DNA of 64,000 nucleotides from a plasmid: sequence record NZ_CP081674.1; one strand, 5' to 3'. Shown piece by piece: positions 58,502 to 64,000 of this stretch (position 1 is its first letter; each line of letters starts with the position of its first letter). The notes under the pieces were generated by a model. It saw only the letters and a program-made list of their open reading frames with translations, ran no database searches and was not told where the DNA came from. The position numbers and the translations under genes were made by a program.

Positions 58502-61500
58502 CGGGGCTCGCCTCCGAGATAGCGATCTGCATCGGTGCGGTAAAGCGATCCCCGACGTAGATACCGCGACCGGCCGGCATCTTGCTGGCCTTCACCCCCC
58601 CGAGGATCTCCCCCTCACCCTTGCTGCCGCTCATGACCACACCAGGTGCCTTCATCCTCAGCAGTTCACTGATGACCGGTGATCCGGTGGCCCGCATCCA
58701 ATCGGTGATCCGGCGGCCAACGATCACGTGCAGGCCTACCTCGCGCGCAATCGGCAAGTAGGGAACCAGCGGCTGCAAGGGGTGCCCAGCCATCGAGAGG
58801 TTTCCGCCGCCCCAGCCGTGAACCAGTTCTTCACGATCGATAATCACGAACGTCTGGCGGCCCTTCCATTCGATACCCGCGGCGATCTGAGCCTGCGTCA
58901 TCTTTTCGGAGGGTTTGCGCTTCTCGAGTTCTGCGGCCAAATGAGCTGCCATACTGCGGACCTGGTCTTGGCGATGGACATAACCTTCGTGCCGTTCCCC
59001 CGGAACCTCGAGTGCAGCTTCGACGGGCGGAGCCGTGGCCGCCCCAAAGTTGGTGGGAATGCTCAAATAATCCGGCTGGCTCGCAGCGGGCAGATCTTCA
59101 TACGAACCCAAGTGCGGCCCATCGACCACCCCCGCCAGCTTGGTCTGCGGATCGACAACGAAAATCTCGACCTCGGCGGGATCGAACAGCCGCATCAATG
59201 CCCGAGCCAACGTGCGCAACGCCGTCGTGGTGCCGCTCTCCGGGTCTCCCGCGATCAGCAGGTGCGACGCACGCAGGAAATCGATCACAGCCGGGCGCAG
59301 CCCGACCTCGGAAATGCCGAACGGAACAAGCTGACCAGAAAGCTGCCCATTCTTTTCAGCCTGAGCGAACACCGCATCGAGTGTGACCCGGCTGGGCAGC
59401 AGCCGCAGCTTCGCCTCCGAACCGGCCGCGCCCATATAGCCCGACACCGCCTCGATCGCCTCGTCGATCTCCACTACACGACCATCAATCGTGACCTGCG
59501 GCAGTGCTGTCTGAAAGTGGTAGCCCGCCATGGACGTACCGCGGCCGACAATCATCACCTTCTCCGACTCGGCGGCCTCACCGAGTTCGCCGGCACCCCC
59601 CAGCGAGGCGACCCCGGATTCGTCCTCGACCTCATCGGGATCCCGCTTGCGCTCAACCTCCCCCTTGGGGACCTGCTTGGCCACCTCCAACTTGTTGTGG
59701 GTGAGCTGATCGGATTCTTGGTCCAACTTCAGCTCCACGTTCGAACTGAACAAATTCGACATACCCGACAGCAGCTTTCCGTTGATCCACCCTCCGGCCG
59801 ACAGGATCACGTGAACGCCGTACGAGCGGCCCTTGGTCATAATCGACACAACCCGGGTCAAGGGCGTTACGACACCGTTGTCTTCAAACTGCTCCCGGAA
59901 CGTCGCCCAGCCGTCGAGCACCAGGAATACATCGCCGTACGGATCGTCGGGCACCTCGCCCTGCTTGCCGCCGAACTTGCGGTCCCGCCATTCACGAAGC
60001 CCAATCCCCAGCTCCCCGAAGGCGCGTTCCCGGTCATCGATCAACGCTTCCAATTCACCGAGCGTGCGCAGCACACGCTCGCGTTCATTGGCCCGCGCGA
60101 ACGAGGCCACATGCGGAAGCCGCTCAACAACATTGATGTCCGAACCGCTGAACGCCAGCACGAAGAACTGGACCCGCTGTGGCGTATACATCATCGCCGC
60201 CCCAGCGAGCATGGTGGCGATCGCCACCGTCTTTCCAGCCCCGCCCACCCCGAGCACACCACAGTTGTCGTTGAGCAGGTTCAGCGCATAGACCCGCTGT
60301 GCATGCTGAAAGGGCCTGTCCTCGATGCCAACCGGGAACAGCAGATCGGGATTCTGACCGTAGTCGACATGCCAGGGCTTGCCCCGCAACCGGTTGACCA
60401 ACTCCTCCACCGGCAGCGGCGCTAGCGGAGGAAGCCAGCGGCGCCGCTGCGGCGGCATGCCGGCGGTCTGCTCCTGCAGCGCCTTCGTGGCCACTTGAAC
60501 GTCGCGCAGCTCACGGCCATCCGACCCGACGATCACATCCGGCTCGTCGTCGCGCACCTTGCTTGCGACATTGGCTGGTACGGGCGCTGCAATCGGCTCC
60601 ATCCCGGTCAGCAGGAATTCACGGGGCGGCGCGTAGCCGGACTTCGTGCGGACTTCCTCGGTGGCCACCACGCGCCGCGGCCGGTGGTAGGTGCCGGAAA
60701 CATAGGCTGTCTGATACTTGATCAGGTCCTTGCCGGGCACGAGCAGGTATCCCGCCCCGCCCGGCTTCTTCGGCAGGTACTTGGCCTCCTCGACGCCGAT
60801 GACCTTGCGGGAATCAGCGGCATCCAATGTGCGCAGCGCCGAACGGATCGGGACGTTGACCATGATGCCGCGATCCATCTCGTGACCCAGGCGCTGCGAA
60901 CCCATCAGCAGGCGCACCCCGAGCGCGCGGCCCTGCCGGCCGATCTCGTCACAAACCTCCAGTGCCGGAGGGCATTCCAAGAACATCTGGGTGAACTCGT
61001 CGATGATGAGTAGCAGCGTCGGCATCGGCGGCAGCGGTTCGCCTTTGTGGATACGGCGGTACTCGTACTCGGCGGCGTTACCGACCCGGGCACGACTGAG
61101 CAAGCTCTTGCGGATCTCCAACTCGCCGTAGAGCACATCGCACATACGATCCATCCACAGCGAATCGTCACGCAGATTGTTCTGCGCAGCGACCACATGC
61201 GGCAGATGCTCAATGGCCTGCGCTGTGGTGGCGCCCTTGAAGTCGAAAAACATAATGTTGAGCATTTCGGGCGAATGCGTCAGGCAGGCCGACAAGATCA
61301 ACGTCGTCCAGAACTCCGACTTGCCCGACCCGGTGGTGCCCACCAACACCATCGCGGTTCCGTCACCACCGTCGCTGTCTTCCTTCATGTCGATCGCGAC
61401 GACGTTGCCGAAATCATCACGGCCGATCGGGAAGCGAAGCCACTGATCGCCCCACGGACTGTCCTCAAAGCGCGGACCAGATCGGGTTGGGCTCCACAGT

Positions 61501-62381
61501 CGTTGCGTATCCAGCCGAGCGAAGTCCTCAATGCCCAACAGGTCGTCCAGCCCCAGCGTTTTGGCTGTGCTCTCAACCGTCGTGCGAACGGTCGCATCCG
61601 GACGCCACCGAGCCATCCGACGGGCGATCGTGCGTGCCGCACTCTCACTCATCTGGTCGGGCACCGCGAACCGGGAGTCTCCGTAACGAATCAGTTCAGG
61701 ACTGACCACATACGTTGCGCGGAACTCCAACCCCTCTCCGCGCTCAGCAGCCAGGCGCATAAACGTCACTCCCGCAACGCCGTCGGCACGCGTAACCGTC
61801 TGCCATTCCCCCTGGTCGATGCTCTTTTGGTCGTTGATGACCAACCAGTGCGGCATCGCCGTCGAATCCTTGGCGAACTTCTCACGCTGATTGTGTAACT
61901 CTTCACCCATCGCCGCGTTGAACGCAGCGACCGAAGTCCACACCAAGCGCTGCGACCCACCGGTGTCCAACAACGTCGAATGCTGGCAGTGCGGCAACCA
62001 TTTCAACCACGACTCCCAACGCGAGACATCGTCGGTGATGACCATCACCTTCAAATCGCTGGGGGCATGAAACATCGTGGCCTGCAGAACAATCGACCGG
62101 ACCAACGCATATACCGCGTCCATGTGACCGTTCTCGCCGACCAGCGCCAGGCCAGGCGTAGAACGCAACGCCACCGGCTTGGCGATTCCGCGCACTTTGC
62201 GTTGAGTCCCCAAAAATCCGCTGATCGCCTGATAGGTGGTCGGCTCGTAGTCCGACGACCGACCCAAGGTCGGCAGCCCTTCAAACTTGCGCGACAGATC
62301 GCTGTTGCCGACTCCGAACCGCACAACACCGAACGTCGGATCCAACGAGGAGGGACGCCTCTGCTCCATTTGAGTTGCCAC
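58491..62381 (-). CDS. eccC: ESX FtsK/SpoIIIE-family ATPase EccC (body: DUF plus three ATPase domains)
   Basis: It has the Walker A motifs VLVGTTGSGKSEF and LGVGGAGKTVAIA, and a degenerate third motif IAGDPESGTTTAL. The ORF has a GTG start one codon after an in-frame TGA. Confidence 0.85.
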   Translation of the reverse strand: MATQMEQRRPSSLDPTFGVVRFGVGNSDLSRKFEGLPTLGRSSDYEPTTYQAISGFLGTQRKVRGIAKPVALRSTPGLALVGENGHMDAVYALVRSIVLQATMFHAPSDLKVMVITDDVSRWESWLKWLPHCQHSTLLDTGGSQRLVWTSVAAFNAAMGEELHNQREKFAKDSTAMPHWLVINDQKSIDQGEWQTVTRADGVAGVTFMRLAAERGEGLEFRATYVVSPELIRYGDSRFAVPDQMSESAARTIARRMARWRPDATVRTTVESTAKTLGLDDLLGIEDFARLDTQRLWSPTRSGPRFEDSPWGDQWLRFPIGRDDFGNVVAIDMKEDSDGGDGTAMVLVGTTGSGKSEFWTTLILSACLTHSPEMLNIMFFDFKGATTAQAIEHLPHVVAAQNNLRDDSLWMDRMCDVLYGELEIRKSLLSRARVGNAAEYEYRRIHKGEPLPPMPTLLLIIDEFTQMFLECPPALEVCDEIGRQGRALGVRLLMGSQRLGHEMDRGIMVNVPIRSALRTLDAADSRKVIGVEEAKYLPKKPGGAGYLLVPGKDLIKYQTAYVSGTYHRPRRVVATEEVRTKSGYAPPREFLLTGMEPIAAPVPANVASKVRDDEPDVIVGSDGRELRDVQVATKALQEQTAGMPPQRRRWLPPLAPLPVEELVNRLRGKPWHVDYGQNPDLLFPVGIEDRPFQHAQRVYALNLLNDNCGVLGVGGAGKTVAIATMLAGAAMMYTPQRVQFFVLAFSGSDINVVERLPHVASFARANERERVLRTLGELEALIDDRERAFGELGIGLREWRDRKFGGKQGEVPDDPYGDVFLVLDGWATFREQFEDNGVVTPLTRVVSIMTKGRSYGVHVILSAGGWINGKLLSGMSNLFSSNVELKLDQESDQLTHNKLEVAKQVPKGEVERKRDPDEVEDESGVASLGGAGELGEAAESEKVMIVGRGTSMAGYHFQTALPQVTIDGRVVEIDEAIEAVSGYMGAAGSEAKLRLLPSRVTLDAVFAQAEKNGQLSGQLVPFGISEVGLRPAVIDFLRASHLLIAGDPESGTTTALRTLARALMRLFDPAEVEIFVVDPQTKLAGVVDGPHLGSYEDLPAASQPDYLSIPTNFGAATAPPVEAALEVPGERHEGYVHRQDQVRSMAAHLAAELEKRKPSEKMTQAQIAAGIEWKGRQTFVIIDREELVHGWGGGNLSMAGHPLQPLVPYLPIAREVGLHVIVGRRITDWMRATGSPVISELLRMKAPGVVMSGSKGEGEILGGVKASKMPAGRGIYVGDRFTAPMQIAISEASPGDL

Positions 62382-62387
62382 TTCTCA

Positions 62388-62885
62388 GCTCTTCCTGCTT
62401 CGTTCCCACATCCGGTCTGAACCCACCAAACCCAACAGCTGGTTGGGCTCTGGATGCAGATACTTGAACTGGTTGAACTGGGCCTCGGCCGCCGCATGTA
62501 CTTCGTCACGCAACTCGTCGAGCTCGTGAAAATACTCGCGCCGTCGGTCCTCCATCTGGGCCGGCGTCAGCTGCTGGTTTTCTCCCACCCCACCAAACCG
62601 GTTACCCGCGAACATGTACACCATCGAGCCGATCATCATGATCGGAAACAGCAGCGAGAACACCGCCATCGGACCCTGTCTCAGTCCTGGCTGCGACATC
62701 ATCAAAGCGATCATCCCGATCACCGCCAGCCCCACAACCGCCGGAAGAATGATCTGAATCTTCGTCCGCGGTATCGGCCGGGGAGCCACCAACGGCTCCA
62801 ACGACGTCGGTACATGGATGGCTGCGCTACTGACCCCACGAGGCAGCTTAGGCTTCGGCCCAGGATTAAACCGCAACGTAGACAC
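62388..62885 (-). CDS. eccC: EccC N-terminal transmembrane segment (separated from the body by an in-frame TGA)
   Basis: It has the TM helices ILPAVVGLAVIGMIALMM and AVFSLLFPIMMIGSMVYMF, then RREYFHELDELRDEV...GSDRMWERSRKS, which matches the EccC N-terminus. It is in the same frame as the 1296-aa ORF. The start is GTG at 62885, 3 nt after the eccB stop. Confidence 0.6.
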
Positions 62886-62889
62886 CGAT

Positions 62890-64000
62890 CTACCCTCCCT
62901 GATTCGCTTGAGCCGACTGCGGCTTGAGTGGCGCCATCGCCCCGTCGAGCGAATCGTGTGCTGTAGTGGCCGCCCGCTGCGACAGCTCCGGACCTGAAGG
63001 CCATACCTGAAGCATCGCCCACGGCGCCGAACGCACGCCCAGAAGTTCGGTACCACTACCCGGGCCCCCACCGCGAGCAAGGCCCAGTGCCTTGAGGCTG
63101 TCGCCGTCGAACGGCACGCCGAACCGCGTACCCGAATCCGATATGAGCCAAATCGTCTGCCTACGCGTCGAATCCAGCGCCGACCCCGTCGCAGTGACAA
63201 AGGTCGCTGGATCATCGCTCAACAGAACCTGGTTGGCCTGAACACCATCACTGCCACCACCGGCCAACGGCACCAACTGACCTTGTTGATCGCTACGGAT
63301 CGGCAACCTGCGACCCCTGATCACATGCGACTGAGCCTGCCGATCTCCCACCTTGAACTCCCATGCCACACACGCAACCGGCAGTGCCGACCCATCAACG
63401 AGCTGTACCGGTCGGGACGGATAGAAGTCCACGTCGAGCACCTGGCGGACCGGTGCCTCCCCCAACTGATCCGGCGAGACCTTCGGAGGCGTAGCCGCAC
63501 CATAGGAATCCTTCTGCCGCAACATCGCCGCGACCACCGGTGAGATCCGCTGGACGCCGTCACCCAACACCACAAAGAAGCTGTCCTCACCCCCGGTCAC
63601 GTCCTGACTCGACACCACAGAACCGGTCACCAGACCAGGCGCCCACTGGAAGCGCGTCGGCGCGCCGGCGTTCGGAACTGGCGGCACCACCACCGGACCA
63701 GCCGCAGGCAGCGCATCAAACAATGCCCGCGACATGACCTGGACAGACGCGCCAGGTTCGATCCCAAGGGCCGAAGTCACCGCCCGATCGCCCAGATCGA
63801 TCGGCATCCGCATGTCGTTATGAACCAGATACGTCACACCATCGAACGACAGCAGCAGCGCCTCATCCGCACCCAGCAGATCGGCGCCATCACCCAGCGT
63901 CAGTCGACCATTGATCCCAGTCACCACCGGTGCACCCGCCATCGTGTTCGATGCGGTATCGCACACAGCCCATCGCGAAGTCTCCGGCGATACTATCCTC
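62890..64000 (-). CDS. eccB: ESX secretion system protein EccB (C-terminal part; gene continues beyond the window end)
   Basis: It is a large periplasmic repeat-domain protein immediately upstream of eccC. The ORF is open to the window edge. Confidence 0.65.
   Translation of the reverse strand, partial: RIVSPETSRWAVCDTASNTMAGAPVVTGINGRLTLGDGADLLGADEALLLSFDGVTYLVHNDMRMPIDLGDRAVTSALGIEPGASVQVMSRALFDALPAAGPVVVPPVPNAGAPTRFQWAPGLVTGSVVSSQDVTGGEDSFFVVLGDGVQRISPVVAAMLRQKDSYGAATPPKVSPDQLGEAPVRQVLDVDFYPSRPVQLVDGSALPVACVAWEFKVGDRQAQSHVIRGRRLPIRSDQQGQLVPLAGGGSDGVQANQVLLSDDPATFVTATGSALDSTRRQTIWLISDSGTRFGVPFDGDSLKALGLARGGGPGSGTELLGVRSAPWAMLQVWPSGPELSQRAATTAHDSLDGAMAPLKPQSAQANQGG

Noticed and set aside
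1-64000. CRISPR arrays, rRNA and tRNA genes
   Set aside because: No repeat-spacer periodicity, rRNA-like conserved stretches or cloverleaf-like tRNA sequences were recognised by eye. tRNAs cannot be fully excluded without a scan.

Overview
This is a high-GC (about 65-68%) actinobacterial, Mycobacterium-like window with three parts. No rRNA, tRNA or CRISPR array was recognised. Part 1 (1-11.7 kb) is a mobile/accessory region: a low-GC gene for an OLD-family nuclease (ABC-ATPase plus TOPRIM/DUF4435) sits next to two divergently oriented tyrosine-recombinase modules that resemble Tn554-family transposases. The left module has a tnpA-like and a tnpB-like gene; the right module has tnpA-, tnpB- and tnpC-like genes. 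A 2 kb island between the two modules carries a hypothetical gene and an XRE-HTH/ImmA-IrrE metallopeptidase gene. Part 2 (12-28.5 kb) is a block of metabolic and regulatory cargo genes. It includes an NAD-binding oxidoreductase, alpha/beta hydrolases, an enoyl-CoA hydratase, an M28 peptidase, TetR and AraC regulators, a sterol-desaturase-like protein, and an operon with a SnoaL-like protein, a flavin amine oxidase and small membrane proteins. This block ends in a degenerate IS5-family remnant and a roughly 290-bp segmental duplication that marks a rearrangement junction. Part 3 (29.5-64 kb) is a type VII (ESX) secretion locus (eccB, eccC, PE, PPE, esxB-like, esxA-like, espG, an espI-like gene, eccD, mycP, eccE, with eccA lying apart) interleaved with a Gram-positive Tcp-like type IV secretion/conjugation gene set (a VirB4/TcpF-like ATPase, a VirB6/TcpH-like polytopic membrane protein, a TcpC-like protein, small membrane proteins and a DUF2637 protein). 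This resembles ESX loci on conjugative mycobacterial plasmids, but that is inference only. Notable oddities are an in-frame TGA inside eccC, a low-GC orphan class III nucleotidyl cyclase inserted next to eccE, a frameshifted hydrolase paralogue, and internal repeats in espG and mycP.
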